A stretch of 64,000 nucleotides of DNA from Lama glama (Eukaryota), in assembly GCA_028534125.1 (NCBI GenBank), contig CM052818.1:12216001-12280000 (forward strand). Direction: 5' to 3'. The notes under the pieces were generated by a model, which was given only the letters and a program-made list of their open reading frames with translations, made no database searches and was not told the DNA's origin. Below, piece by piece: positions 49,468 through 62,870 of this stretch. Positions within the stretch are counted from its first letter, which is position 1. Every line of letters starts with the position of its first letter. The position numbers and the translations under genes were made by a program.

Positions 49468-50290
49468 TGTGATATGATGATTTATAATATGAAATATATA
49501 TTTGGTCGTCATCCAGTTTCTGGTATACAGCTCCTAAAACCTTTGGAATTTCTTAAGTAATGAGAATGATAAATACGTGTTTTGTTATGTCAGTGAGGTG
49601 ACTTTTGGAATGCCCCTAGATTACCTAAGGGTGAGGGCTGGTCACCAGAGGAACCAAGTAGGTGATTTTAGTCCCATACCTCCTGATCTTTGGGAAGGAG
49701 AGGGGCCAAATCAGTTGCCAGTGACCAGTGATTTGATCAGTCACATCAACGTAAGGAAGCCTCCATCAGAACCCCAAAGGGCAGAGTTCAAAGAGCTTCT
49801 GGGCTGGTGAACACTTGGAGGTTTCAGGAGAATAGCAAGCCTAGAGAAGCCCCTCACTCCTTCCCATGTACATTGCCCTCAGCATCTCTTCCATCTGGCT
49901 GTTCCTGAGTTGTATCCTTTTATCATAAACCAATAATCTACTGAGTAAACGGGTTTCCTGATCTCTGTGAGCCTCTCTGGTGAGTTAATTGAGGCCAAGG
50001 AGAGGTTGTGTGTGGAACCTCTGATCAGTGGGTGGTATGTCAGAAGCACAGGTAACAGCCTGGGCTTGCAACTGGTGAATCAAATGGGGTGGAAGAGGCA
50101 GTCTTGTAGGACTGAGCCCTTGACTTGTGGAATATGAATCTATCTCACATAGATAGTGTTAAAATTGAGTTGAATTCTTGGATGCTCTGCTGGTGTCGGA
50201 GAACTGCTTGTTGGTGTGGAGAAGCACCCTCTCCGTACACACACACACACACACACACACACAGATTGGAGGTTGTGACCAGAACACCAA
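49468..50290 (+). mobile_element. MER21-family solo LTR
   Basis: tgtgatat...gaaatatatatttggtc...tacagctcctaaaac...gggctggtcaccaga...catctcttccatctggctgttcctgagttgtatccttt...gcagtcttgtaggactgagccctt is collinear with MER21. Confidence 0.85.
50237..50262. repeat. (AC)13 microsatellite within the LTR end
   Basis: Seen directly. Confidence 0.95.
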
Positions 50291-51654
50291 TTCTGAACAC
50301 AAGATATTCTGGCTCTTTATATGCAAAATCAAAATATGATAGACTCTTTTTCTTAAGACAAACAACCTTTCTGAAAGGCAGAAGTGCATAAAATGAATAT
50401 TTCTTCAGTATTAATACAATGGCAGGATGGATGCGGAGGGTTGGGAAAATATACGGGAAAGTTGAAGACAATCTAAGAATCTTTTGTGAACCTGCACCCT
50501 TCACTCTTCTTCCAGGAACTTTAGACAAAACTGGAAGAAGTTCAAATGGTTTGGACTGCCTCCCCCCAACTCTTTTTTTTTTAAGTGCCTTTTTTCTGGG
50601 ATACTCTGGCCAAAGACTAACAAGCAGTGAAATGGCAAAAGGCAGGCAGCAGGCAGGGAGAGTAGAAGCAAATGGCTGGGGTAAAACACAAACTGTGATT
50701 AGGCTCTGAATAATCAGCAATTGCATTGTAGCTTGTTATACATATTCCATGGTCATAATTTGATATTTGCAACAAAAAGGAAAAGAATAATCCTCTTAAA
50801 AAAAAAGAAAGAACAAAAGCAAGTCAGTGTTGCCAGGGGAAGTCTACCTACCTTTTTCACTCAAAATACTACCTTTTTACCTTTCTGATCCCCTCCATGT
50901 GATCTACTTCTTTGCACTTAGCATATCTGAGGGAACTAAAGAGTGATTCGCATTATCATTTTAATGGTGCATGGATTCTTTCATTATGTAGTTGGTTCAC
51001 ATACATCAACATTTTAAATTTTGGACATTCTAAAATACATTTGGCAAACTGCTAAGGAGAAAACCGTCTGTGAGCCTGTAGGAACTAAAACCTGGTACAT
51101 GTCTGAACAAATGCAAAAGTTCCATTTGTGCCTTTCAGCGTTTTAAGTTATGTAGCTTTGTGTGACCCTTTTAAAAATAGTCAAGTGGTTTTGAAATATC
51201 ATTAAAAGGTGATCAGTGGTAATTGTCTTAACGATGGTGCTCACATGGAAAAAAAATTATTGCTCAGTGGAACCCTTTCCTAACCTCTGATATGATTTTT
51301 AAAGGCCCTTTTAAAAAAAGCAAGACATCTGAAAGTTACTTATTAAAGGCCAAATGAAAACACAACTTGCAAAGGGGCTTTTAATTTCATAATGATTCAG
51401 ATTTTTGATCATAAAATAAGACCCAAGACCAGCTCTTAATTATTTATAGATTGATTCTGCCATTTGTGTTATCCAGTTTCCTTACTTTGGCTAGGAGGGC
51501 AGGAATAGGTAGAGAAAGTGAAATAAATCAGCTCCTTTATATTTTATCATCAGTAGTAAAAAGTCTGGTGTGATATAAAATTTTAGAATTATCTGTGCCA
51601 TTTGGCCCATTATTATGGATAATTGAAAGCATATCATAATTGTGAAGAGAAAAA

Positions 51655-51885
51655 AACCCATTTATTGAATAACAACTGTTCTAGACACAATCCTAGGTTC
51701 TCTGTATATACTGTATCACATAGTGTTCACAGCAATCATGCATAGTATTTATGATTATCCTCTTTTACAGGGGTGGAAATTAAGGTTCAAATGGCTGAAA
51801 TCACTTACCAACTCAAAGGAATAGCAAGTGGCAAGGCTGGGATTAAAATGGGTCTGGCTTTCCTTACAATCTGTGTTCTTTCTAT
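51655..51885 (-). mobile_element. MIR SINE
   Basis: catttattgaat...ctagacac...ttcacagcaatc...attatcctcttttacag...ggaaattaaggttca...aagtggcaaggctgggatt is reverse MIR. Confidence 0.7.
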
Positions 51886-52084
51886 ACAATGGGTCACTTG
51901 TACCACGACTGTCCCTTGATGCAAATTATGTACATTAAAATCTTTTTGCAGCTCAAGGATGATAGTTGGGAATCTGGGCTAGTTTTAACTTCACACAGTG
52001 AAGACCAATGGCTACCCTTTTTGAGGATCTGTGTACGAAGGTGTTTGGAAAATGCATTCCACATCACTAATGTCACTGTTTTGC

Positions 52085-52410
52085 AACTTCTGTGGAAAAA
52101 CTATTGAAACTCTATAGGATTGGAGAGCAGTACACATTTTCTGTACAATAATATGGAAAAAAAGTGCTCATACCCTTTAAGACCAGTAAATGTATATTTT
52201 TGTGGATTGTCAGAAATTAAAGTACAAGGATATTCATCTTAGTGCTATTTATAATAGTGTAGAATTGTAAACCATGCAAATGCTCAGTAGTTTTTAAAAA
52301 AAGTAAATATACTATAAAATTATACATATTTTGATATATCATGCAGCCATTAAAAATAAGTTTCAAAGAATATTTTAGTAACAAGGGGAAGATTCTAACA
52401 ATATGATTTT
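52085..52410 (+). mobile_element. Ancient L1ME-like 3' fragment
   Basis: gtacaaggatattcat...tatttataatagtg...atatcatgcagccattaaaaat resembles the L1ME ORF2 end. Confidence 0.55.
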
Positions 52411-54543
52411 CAGTTGCTGTATAAATATGTATTGAATGAATAAATAGATAGGAAATTCAAAATAATGCACATCATGAGAATTAACATTTTCCAAATCAGA
52501 GATCATGAAGAGATATTATTTCCTTTTGCTTATGGTAATTGTTTTTTGAAGTAGAACATACACAGTGTACAAATCATTAATGGCGCAGTGACTTCTTACA
52601 ACTCAATGAATTCTTACAAGAAGAAGCACACATATGGCCACAACATAGTCAAGAAATAGAGTGGTATCAGTGGCCCCAGAAGCTTCTTAAATGTCCTATC
52701 TTGTAACTGTACCCTATCCCTCCAAACGTAACCACTGTCTGACTTCTAACACTAAAACACTCTAAATTATTATGGCATTACCCTAAACCTGTAGTTTATG
52801 CCTGTGTTTGAATCTTACATAAATGATTCATCTGTTAGGTATTCTTTTGTCTAGCTAATTTTACTCAACATTATGTTTATGAAATTCACTGATGTGGTTG
52901 TATACAACAATATTTTGTTCATTATCAAAGCTGTTTATTATTCTCTTGTATATTTGCATGTCTGTATGTACTCTTGATGGTTATTTGTCTGTTTCCAGTT
53001 TTTGACAAACCGTGAGGCAGTGAACACTAGACTACATGCCTTTTGGTGCACATATATATGCATTCTGATAGACCTGAAAGAGAACCTGTTGGACCATGTG
53101 GTGTGCGTACCCAGCTAGATACAACCAGTTAGTTTTCCAAAGTAGTTGTACCAGTGTGTAGCTGCCATCGGCAGAGTATGAGAGCTCCAGTTGTTTCACA
53201 ACTCACCATTACTTTGAATTACCGATGTTTTCTAACTGTAGTCATTCTGAAGGTTGTATAGTGGTCCCTCTCTGTGGTATTCATTTATATTTCTCAGATG
53301 AATAATGAAGTCGTTTTCACATGATTGTTGGTCATCTTGATGCTTTCATTTGTGAAGTGCCTTTCAAGCTACTTGCACAGTTTTCTGTTTTTTTTTTTTT
53401 TTTTTTTTTTTAGTGAATATAGGAATTACTTAAATGAACTGAATTCAGGATAGATGTGTGTATTTCAGATGTGTGTATATTCTTCTCTTGTGTAGCAGAT
53501 AATTTTACTTTTTAATGGTGTCTTTAGCTGCAATGAATTTGTCATTTTAAACACAGTCCATCTTTATTCATCTTTTCCTTTATAGTTGGCCTTTTTGTGT
53601 CCTGTGTAGAAAATACTAGTAACATGTATCCTGTGTTAAGTTACAGAGATTTTACTGTTTTATCTTTCACAATAGGTATATGAATCATGCTTCATATTTG
53701 TAATACTCTCTCTTTGACTTAGTGCCAATAATTTAAAAGATCATTCTTTCCAACTACACTGTTTTATACAGGCTCTATTACCTTTTTCACAAATCAAGTG
53801 ATTGTGTATATGTGGGTATGTTTATGAATTTGTTCTGGTCTCTGTATTTTGTTCTATAGCCTGTGTGTCTATCTTTGGAGTAATACCACAGTTTTTATTA
53901 CTGAAGGTTTATAGTCTGCTCTGCTCACATGAAGTCCTAGACTTTCATAATTATTCTTCTAGTTTGTCTTACCATTTCCGACCCTTTACTAAAATATTAT
54001 ATCCCAAACATTTTTAAAAACTTCTAAAGATTTCTCTCATCAGTGTTTTGTAGGATGATTTCTATGTTTTAGATGAGTTTTTATGCCATTTTAACTTGTA
54101 TCATTTAAAAATGTTCATTTTAAAATAATTGTTTTTTATTGGCACATAGAAAAAACTGAATTCTGTATATTGATTCTATATTCAGCACCTGAATGGAGTC
54201 ATAAATAATTAATAACCAATATCAATGTTTAATATGGATAATATTTGATTTTAAAATAGATAGTACTATCAATATAAATCATTATTAAAATTTGTGAACA
54301 ATTAATTATTTATTATAATGAAATAAATGGTTTCCATTTTTAATAAATTTGATTATGTTAATGAATAATGATATTTTTATGATTTTTCCCCAATACATAT
54401 GTATTTTGTTTTTCGTTATTTCCCTTTTACACTAAGTAGGAACTTATAAAATTTACTAGTTTTAATAATGTCTGTTTTTGAACTTTAGCTAACGATTTTC
54501 TGTATCTATTGAGACATGAATATGATTTTTTATCTTTATGTTA

Positions 54544-54673
54544 TCTGCCATTCCCAAGATCCTTAATTTAGTCACATCTAGAGTCCCTTTTACCTCATGA
54601 GGTAACATCCAAAGGTTGCAGGGATTAAGACCCCAATATTTTATCTTTAGAGGCCATTATTCAGCCTACCACA
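54544..54673 (-). mobile_element. MLT1 (MaLR) LTR 5' fragment
   Basis: Reverse complement begins tgtggtaggctgaataatggcctc...taatccctgcaacct...tgttacctcatg...aaaagggact...gatgtgactaaattaaggatcttg, as in the MLT1C/D 5' end. Confidence 0.8.
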
Positions 54674-55305
54674 GATTTTTGGTCTTTTTCTATTGCAAGC
54701 TGTTGTATCTTTTAGTAATTTCTGCCCTTATTTTTATGGCTTTGTTATTTTTATTTTCTTCTAGCTTTGCTTGCTTTTTTTTCTAACCTCTTTTGATTAG
54801 ATAATTGATTTTAAAGTTTTTAAAATTTTCTAGTATGTGCATACCTGTAAGGTTTTAATGTTTATTTAGTATAGCTTTAGCTGCATCCCACAAAATTTAA
54901 TATGTAGCATATTTACTATGGCTCCATGAAATATATTTAAGTTTCAGTTGTTTTTGACCATTATTTAGAAGAATTTTCTTAGTTTCCAAACATTTGGGAA
55001 TATTTCAAGTTATCATTTTCTTATTCATTTTAGCTTAATTCTCCTGAAGTCAAAAGTATTTTAATCCTTGATAAATCAGCTTTTAAAATCAGCTGAATGG
55101 TCACCATATCATCAATTTTAATAGATATGTTTCATGGTACCTGTATTTTTGGTACATTTTTCTATAAATGTCCGTTTGGTCAGGGTAACCATCATGTTGT
55201 TAAAATATTCCATATTCCTACTAACTCTTTTCCTGATAGTTCTGTAAGTTACTGCAAAAAGAGTAGTAAATCCTCCTCCCATGACTATAGAGCTTTCTAT
55301 TTCTT

Positions 55306-55400
55306 TTTTTTTTCTCTGAGATTGGCATTTTTTAAAATTTATTTATTTTTATTTTTTAACATTTTTTTATTGAGTTATAGTCATTTTACAATGTTGTGTC
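55306..55400 (-). mobile_element. 95-bp young L1 micro-insertion with perfect 19-bp TSD and bipartite A-tail
   Basis: TSD atagagctttctatttctt at 55287-55305 and 55401-55419; ttatagtcattttacaatgttgtgtc matches the L1 3' end at ~46893-46918; TT/AAGA site. Confidence 0.9.
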
Positions 55401-56984
55401 ATAGAGCTTTCTATTTCTTAATTGAGTCTGGTCAATTTTTAGTTTGTGTGCTGTATTTGGAAGCTATATTATTTTCTGGATACACATTTAGAATTATTAA
55501 AAAATTATTTGTGGATTGATTTTTTTATTGTAACATGTCCTTTAGCTCTACGGATGCTTTATATTGAAAAATCTACTTTGGTATTATTATCCATATACCA
55601 GTTTTACTTTAATTAGTATTCACAGGCATATATTTTTCTTCTTATATTGCAGCACTATTGTTACCATGAACTTTTTTATTTTTTAAAAATCTGTGGCTTG
55701 TCTCTTATAAATGTCATATCATTTTTGTTAAAAATCCAACATGAAAATCTTTGGCATTTTCCCCACTTTCTTGAAATAATTTGTGTTGTCTTAGTGTTAT
55801 TCTTTCTAAATGATTAATTAAACAGTGAGGTAAAAATGTCTGGACTTAGAATTTTTGTGGATAGGTGTTTAATTATGGATTTAAGTTCTCTAAGAGTCAC
55901 GTGACTTCTAAAGTTTTCTTTTTTTCTTAGTAAAGTTTTAGTACATGTGGTTTTATATGTTTTAGAGACATAGGTCTGTAAGATGTGGGCCTGTAGAACC
56001 TATGGTTATGTAGAATTATGTTGCTTAATTTGTAAGCATTTAGATATTTGGTTCTAACCTAATTCTAAGGTCATCAGAAATTATATAATTTATAACTTCA
56101 GTTTTTGTAGTGTGTTGAGACTTGCTTTATGGTCCAGAATATGTTCTATGTGTTAAAAATTCTCCTACAGACTTGAAAAAACTGCATATTCTGCAGTTAG
56201 AAATAATCTCTCTCTCTATATATATTAAAACAGTTTGATTAATCATGTTTTTCACATCTCCTACATCTGTTCTTCTATATGGGGTCATCTTCTTAATTTA
56301 AGGAATTTCCTTTTGTTTTTCTTGTAGTGTAAATGCACTGACAGTAATTTCTCTGAGAATGTCTTTATTTTCTTTTTGGTTTTGAAAGAAATTTTTGCTG
56401 AGTATAGAATTTTAGGTTGACATTTTATTTATGGAGACTATAACAATGTCATTTCATTGCTGTCTGTTTTTTATGGCCAGTGTTGAAAAGTAGGCTCTCA
56501 TTTTTATTGTCATCCTCTGAACAACAGTACCACCCCCCACCCTGCCCCTGTCCCCATCTCACGCTCTAACTACTTTTGAGGTTCTCTGTTTTGGCTTTCA
56601 GCAGCTTGACTATAATATGCCCAGGTATGGTTTTCCTTTTACCTATCCTACTGTGAGTCATTGAGCTTCTTGAATATGTGGGTTGATGTCTTTCATCGTA
56701 TCAGGAAATTCAAATTTTTAACCATTGTTTCTTCAAATATTGCCCTGCTGTCAATAGGCAAATGACCCTATGGCTAAGAGCTCTGAGTGCTGTGCTTTCC
56801 TCTCTGTATATCTAACACTTTCTAAATTCAGCCTGATAATTCTTTATTCTTGTTAGCCATCTAATTATTTTAAGAAGACCAGAAGCATTTTAATTATTTA
56901 GTTGTTGTCCTTTTTGAGATTCATTCAAAAGTATTTATGCATTCATTGCTGTAAACTAAAGTTCATTGCTTTTGTTTCCATTAA

Positions 56985-59900
56985 GATACCATTTGATCCA
57001 ATATCATTTATTAAAAGGACTTGTCTCTTCCTATTGATCTATAGTAACACCCTTGTCATAAATCAGATATCCACATATTGAGTGTTTCCGGACTTTTTAA
57101 TCCACTTCATTGGTCTGTTTATTTTTTCTTATATCAATGCCACAATATTAATTATGGTTTATTTATAATGTCTTGATGTCTAGCAGAGAAACTCTTCTCA
57201 CTTTATTCTTTAACATTGTCTTTGTTTTTCATAAAAATGGTGCTCTGTTGTTGATTAGGATTTTTTTGCATCTGTCTATTGATTTGTAAACTGATTTTTT
57301 AAAAAACTGTTATCTATAACATGTTATATCCCTCCCTATATTTGAGTACTCTAATTTTTTGAAGGTTTGTGAAGTTTTCATTATGTTTAATTTTGGATAT
57401 TGAAAATTTCAATGCTATTGCAAAGATGTATTATTTTAAAACTTCATTTTTCTAATATTTGTTGTTTTTATATAGAAATATTATTGATTTTTTATTGACC
57501 ATGGAGTCACCAAAGTTGCTAAATTTATTGATTCAGTTAATTTATCTGTGAATGCTTTTGAATTTTCTACATGTATAACCATATCATTTGAGAATGATAA
57601 GACTTTTTCTATAAATGGTCAGATAATAAAATATTTTGAGCTTTGCAGGCAATACTGTCTCTGTTGCAACCACTGGAGACCCTTGTAGCCTGAAAGCGGC
57701 CATAGATAATATGTAATGAAGTATAATTGTTTCCTAATAAAATTTTATTTATAGACACTGAAATTTGAATTTCAAACAATTTTCACATATCATAATATAT
57801 TATTCTTATATTTTTCAACCACTTAAGAATATCTAAACCATTCTTAGCTCATGGGTGTATAAAAACGGCCAGTGGGCTGGATTTGGCCTGCAGGTCATAG
57901 TTAGCAGCCTGTGCTGTAAAGTTGTTCACAAGTCCTCTTACGAACTTCTGAGGTTTATAGTCATTAATAATGTTCACATATTCATTCTTAATATTGGCTT
58001 TTTGTATTTTTTCTCTTTAAGAATGATTAAGAAAATCAGTCTACCAGGGGGTTACTAGTTTTAACTTCTTTTCAAAGAACTAAATTTTGAATTTGTACAT
58101 TTCTTCTGTACTACGTTTTTTTCCTAGTTCACTAATTTCTCTTCTTATATTTATTATTTCCTTCTTACCTTTTTTGTGTGTTTATTTACTGTTCTTTAAT
58201 TTCTTTGCAAGTATGTTTGAACATTGATTTTAGCCTTTCTCTTAAACTTTCTTTTAAAGTTATAAAATTTCTCTAAGCATGGCTTTAATTGCTTCTTCCT
58301 ACTTTTGATTATCATTCAGTTCAAAATACTTTCTAATTTCTATTTGATTTCATCTTTGACTCAGGTTATTTAGTACTATATTTATTAATTTGTATCCATA
58401 TATGTACATATGTATGGATTTCTTTTAATCTTTTTTATATTTATTTATAGCTTAATTCCATTTTGGCGATTAGTTCATATATTCTTTAAGACTGAAATCC
58501 TTTGAATATTGTTGCATCTTTCATTATGGATTAGAATTTGGCGACTTTTAACAGTTACATAATGTGTACTTGAAAATAAGTATTCGGCAGGGTTGTTTGG
58601 TGTATTGTTCTGTATGTCCATTTGGTCAAGTTTATTATTGTCTTGTTCAAATTTATATCTTTAATGCTTTTTATTTCAACTTGCTCTATTACTTATTAAG
58701 AGAGATTTCTTCAAATCTCTCATTATAGTTGTAAACTTGTTTTTTTTTCCTTTTTGGAAATGTCAATTTTTTCTTTATATAGCTTTTCATATAGTATATA
58801 AATTTAGAATCGAAACTTGGTTTTTCTTAATCTCTATTAATGCATCTGACCTTAAAGTGTGCTTTGGCTATTATTAATAAAGCTACACTAGGTTTCTTTA
58901 GTGTTTCTTTACATAGGATATCTTTCCCATTCTTATACTTTCACATTTTATATCCTTATATTTGTAGTATTACTCTTAATAGAAAAATATTTTGGATTTT
59001 ACTTTTTATATTTAATGTGACAGTGTACCAGTTTTTAATGTAGTATAGGATATATTTGTATTTATATTTACCAGTTTTCTGCTTTGTTTTAAATTTTTCT
59101 GTTTCTGTGTTTCTTTTCACTAATTCTTTGCCTTCTTTTAAAGTATTTTTATTAAATAAATTTCCCTCATATTAAGTTAACGGCACCAAAGTACAAATAA
59201 TTTTTCTTCTGATATCCACTATTGTAATATATTTAATTGTATAGTTTTGACCTCGCCAGATAGCATTATTGTTGTTCATCATACAATGTTCAATTAGATT
59301 TATACAAGTATTTTCCCTATTGATTGCTCTAAACACCTTCTTGCCTCTCTAAGTCCCATCTGACATCATTTAAAAAATTTTTTTTTCTAATTGCAGAACC
59401 CTCTTTAAAATTTAACTATGAGTTTAATCTGTCAGCTTTTATTTTTGTGAAAATACCTTCATTTTGCTTATATTTTCAGTGGCTGTAGAATTCTAGGTTG
59501 GTAGTTTTGTTTTGTTTGTTTTTTTTTTTTTCTGCCAGAATTCTCAAGATACCATTCTATTTATTTTTTTTCTGGCTTATGTAATTTCTACTGAAAAGAT
59601 AACTGTCATTCTTGTTTTCTTAAACATAATATGCCAACTGCTTTTAGATTTACCTTTTTGTTTTGGCTTTCATAGTATGTATTACTATATAGCATTATGT
59701 TAATATGCTAAGGTGTTGCTTTATCCATATTTATCCTTTTTGGAACTTATAGTTTGACTTATATCTGTTCCTTGTAATAGTTTATCAATTCTTGAAAAAT
59801 GTCAGCCATTATCTCTTCAAATATTTCTTCTGACTCACTCCTCCTTCTGAAACTCTGACATTTTCAGCATGTCCCATTTGTCTCGTGCTCCATTTGGATT

Positions 59901-61620
59901 TTCTATTCTTCTCTTTTTTCAGAATTTAATCTTAATTTTTTCTTCTAACTTATTTTCCAGTTTACAATCCTCTCTTTCAGCTTTATCTCAACTTTTGTTA
60001 GGCCTATTTATTGAATTCTTATTTTCAAGTTAGCTCTAGAATTTCTAGTTGTTTCTTTTTTGTAGTTACAGATTACCAGTTTTCCAGCCACATCCCCAAT
60101 ATTAGCATTTAATTCAGAGTTATTACAGTTATTTTAAATTCTGTGTCTGTTAGGTTCACTACCTAGTTTCCTATGGATCCTTTGTATAGTCTTTTTTTTC
60201 CCCCTAAGTTTCCAGTTACATCTTAATTTTTTTCCATGCCTGGTTATTTGATTAAGTGTTGAAGATTGTATATGACTATATTAACATACCTATAGTCTCT
60301 AGGAGATGTTCTCATTGTCCAGATACATTTACCTTTACTTTTGACAGGCAGGGTAGAGACATTAGCATTATAGAATCTTAACTTTAATTCAATCTGAAAT
60401 TAAAGTAGTTTGAATCTGGGCTTCAGTACCTGTGAGGACTGGTTTATTTCCAGTTTTTATTTACTTTTATGATGCAACTTCTAAAAATCCATACTGAAGC
60501 CTGGGTTCATACCAGGGCAGCTTCTCCTGACCTCTAAATTGTGTCTTTTCAGATGTGTACATCTGTTAATATATCCCTCACACTGCATGAAATTTACCAT
60601 TACCTTTATAGAAGCAGTCCTAGATACAGGACTCACCTCTATGGGCTTTCCTTCTCTCCCTAGAATCTTAGTATCTCTCCAGTGACTTAAAACTGGTATT
60701 TAAAAAATAAGTTGGCTCAGATTGTGTAATTGTTGTCACTGAGAGAATTGGTGTGAAACAATGCCATGTGCTATTAGTGAATAAATTCGTAACTTGTATA
60801 TTTTAGCTTTCTATTCCTGACAGGTATTTCCTAGTATGTCTTTTATTTCTTTGAACATAATATGTGCAGCCACTTCATAAACTGTGTCTGATAATTTCAA
60901 TATCTGATGTACATCTGTTTCTACTGTCTGCTCTTTTTGTTGGTTCTGGCTCCTACTGCTCCATTTCTTTTTGTGCCTTGTTACTTTCACCTGTGTATTG
61001 CATTTGTCCTTGAGAAAAGTACATTTTTTTGAGGCACATGCCACCCAAGAAGATTTACTTTTGCTTCTAACTAGTCCATGTGAATGTGACTAGTGGAAGG
61101 CACTCTTAACCCAAAATAAAATTTGAAGTTCTTAGAAACCTCTAGAAAACAAATCTACAGGAAGGCTGGCCAGGGGCAACATTTATTCATGAATACTCCT
61201 TTAACTTCTCTGCCTTTTCTCACAATTGTTCTCCTAGGACCTACAAGGCATTGCTTATGAATCACTTTTATATTAGATGCTCAATCCTTTGTGTCCCATA
61301 TTAATGTCAGGGAGTCTCCTCTCAGATTCCCTACTATGGGCAGATCCTAGGTCTTGACTGTCTCCCTTCTCTGCCCATATGTATGTTGGAAAATTGGCAT
61401 AAGCCCTCAAGGTGTAAGCAGCTAGGTGCTCATGTGTACAATTTTTATCTCTGTGTTTTCTTTTTCCCCACCCTTAGGTTTGTGCCTGCAGTTTTTGACC
61501 AATTTGTTAACTCTTGAATGACATTAAAGGGATTTTGAAATATCTTATCTAGCATTTTCATTTTTTATCATTGGAAGTTTTGGTCTAAATAAAATTATTC
61601 ATCATTACTGGAAATAGAAG
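56985..61620 (-). mobile_element. Decayed ancient L1M fragments (ORF2 to ORF1 and 5' region), probably more than one element
   Basis: Antisense L1 landmarks (cttttcaaagaac, aagcatggcttta, tagaattctaggttgg, tcagccattatctcttcaaatatttcttctg); translation VTRHKKK...ETDVHQILKLSD...IMFKEIKD resembles old L1M ORF1 N-termini. Confidence 0.7.
57601..57913. mobile_element. MER58B-like hAT-Charlie MITE nested in old L1
   Basis: actttttctataaatggtcagata...tgtctctgttgcaac...aaagcggccataga...taataaaattttatttatagacactgaaatttgaatttca...aaccattcttagctc...gggctggatttggcctgcagg. Confidence 0.85.
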
Positions 61621-62770
61621 TTCCCTGTCTTTTTGCTTTTAATGTATTGGGAAGAGAAAATAAGCCCTTGCGAGGTGTACTTTGGGAATTTATTGAATTT
61701 CTTTTTGTCTGTATATATCACTTTATATATCCATTACACCCAATCAATAAACTTTAGCATTTGTATGTTTATAGCATTTAATATCATTATCTCTGGAATA
61801 TTATATACTGTGTACTTTGGTATACATTTCCAATACATGTATGTTACTGTATTTTACTATGATGATGGATCTTTTGAATGTTTAAAAATATTTTTAACAG
61901 TTTTAAATTTATCTGTGCCAGGGGCAGGTGAGCAGGTTGATAATGAAAAGAGAAAAATAGCTGAATAATTGTGAGGCTACAGAATCAGCAGTGGGATAGC
62001 ATGTGGCTAGGGTATAGTGAAAAGGCTGGTAGGTTAGGAACACCGAGATCCTTGGATTTTTGTGTCTTTAGGTCATGCAAAAATCTCAGCAATAAACCAG
62101 GTACTGAGTCCTAGTGTACATACTTGAATTTTGTTTCTTTCATGTGCCTTTTTTGATTAAAAATGTGTTACTAAATTTAGTTTTGTTAACTGTTGGTAAA
62201 GCCTTAAAAAGATGCATAACTGTCATTTTTTAAAAAATGAATTCATGGGGAAATATATTGTTATATTGCAGATTTCCAGTGGAAACCTGCAGATGCTCAC
62301 ATAAGAAACATTCTTCCCACTCTTTTGAATAAACATGTTGCAAGGCCAGTACATTTGCATACCCAAGAGAATAATTGTTTCAAAGATATGGGCTGTGAAC
62401 ACATGTGGTTGTCTACCAGATTATGAACACCAGACTTGAGACATACATTTTTCAGGTGTACAGCTTGAGGAAATTATTGAATACTCAGCACAAATGCTAT
62501 GTCCTGGGGAATATTTGGAGAAATGTAGGTGCTACTGTATTTTGAATAATCATTCCCTTTAGCTCTCGTTGTGACTGATGGAAAATTTATTTTATTTTCC
62601 CTTGACAAAGGGAAAACAAAATTGTAGCTATCTTACTGCATAGTTTGTTAAGCACTTTCCACTTTGTACTTACATTTCACAGATGTTCTGAAATGGTTAA
62701 GCCCAAAGAGCATGTTTCAACTCATGAGTAACTTATAACAAAGTAGATTCCCATTAGTTGGTTTAAAAAA

Positions 62771-62780
62771 ATATATATAC

Positions 62781-62817
<37 letters not shown>
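62771..62817. repeat. (AT)n microsatellite with two C interruptions
   Basis: Seen directly. Confidence 0.95.
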
Positions 62818-62819
<2 letters not shown>

Positions 62820-62834
62820 CTCATTGATAACATT

Positions 62835-62836
<2 letters not shown>

Positions 62837-62866
<30 letters not shown>
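62837..62866. repeat. (CA)15 microsatellite
   Basis: Seen directly. Confidence 0.95.

Positions 62867-62870
<4 letters not shown>

Larger units (their letters stand above)
52540..56760 (-). mobile_element. Long decayed L1ME-class element with internal deletions and nested insertions
   Basis: 3' end motifs gtaaccactgtctgacttctaacac and ctcaacattatgtttatgaaattca; later atagctttagctgcatcccacaaa, gttgagacttgctttatgg and gaatgtctttattt...ttgctgagtatagaatt are antisense L1 ORF2/ORF1 landmarks. Confidence 0.8.

Noticed and set aside
50145..50726. Longest ORF in the track (193 aa, minus) and overlapping plus ORFs
   Set aside because: Runs through a MER21 LTR end and an (AC)n repeat (CVCVCV), has a non-ATG start and no recognisable domain.
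55097..55519. 140-aa ORF with repeated RAFYF
   Set aside because: The repeat is the L1 target-site duplication; the ORF is an antisense L1 artefact.
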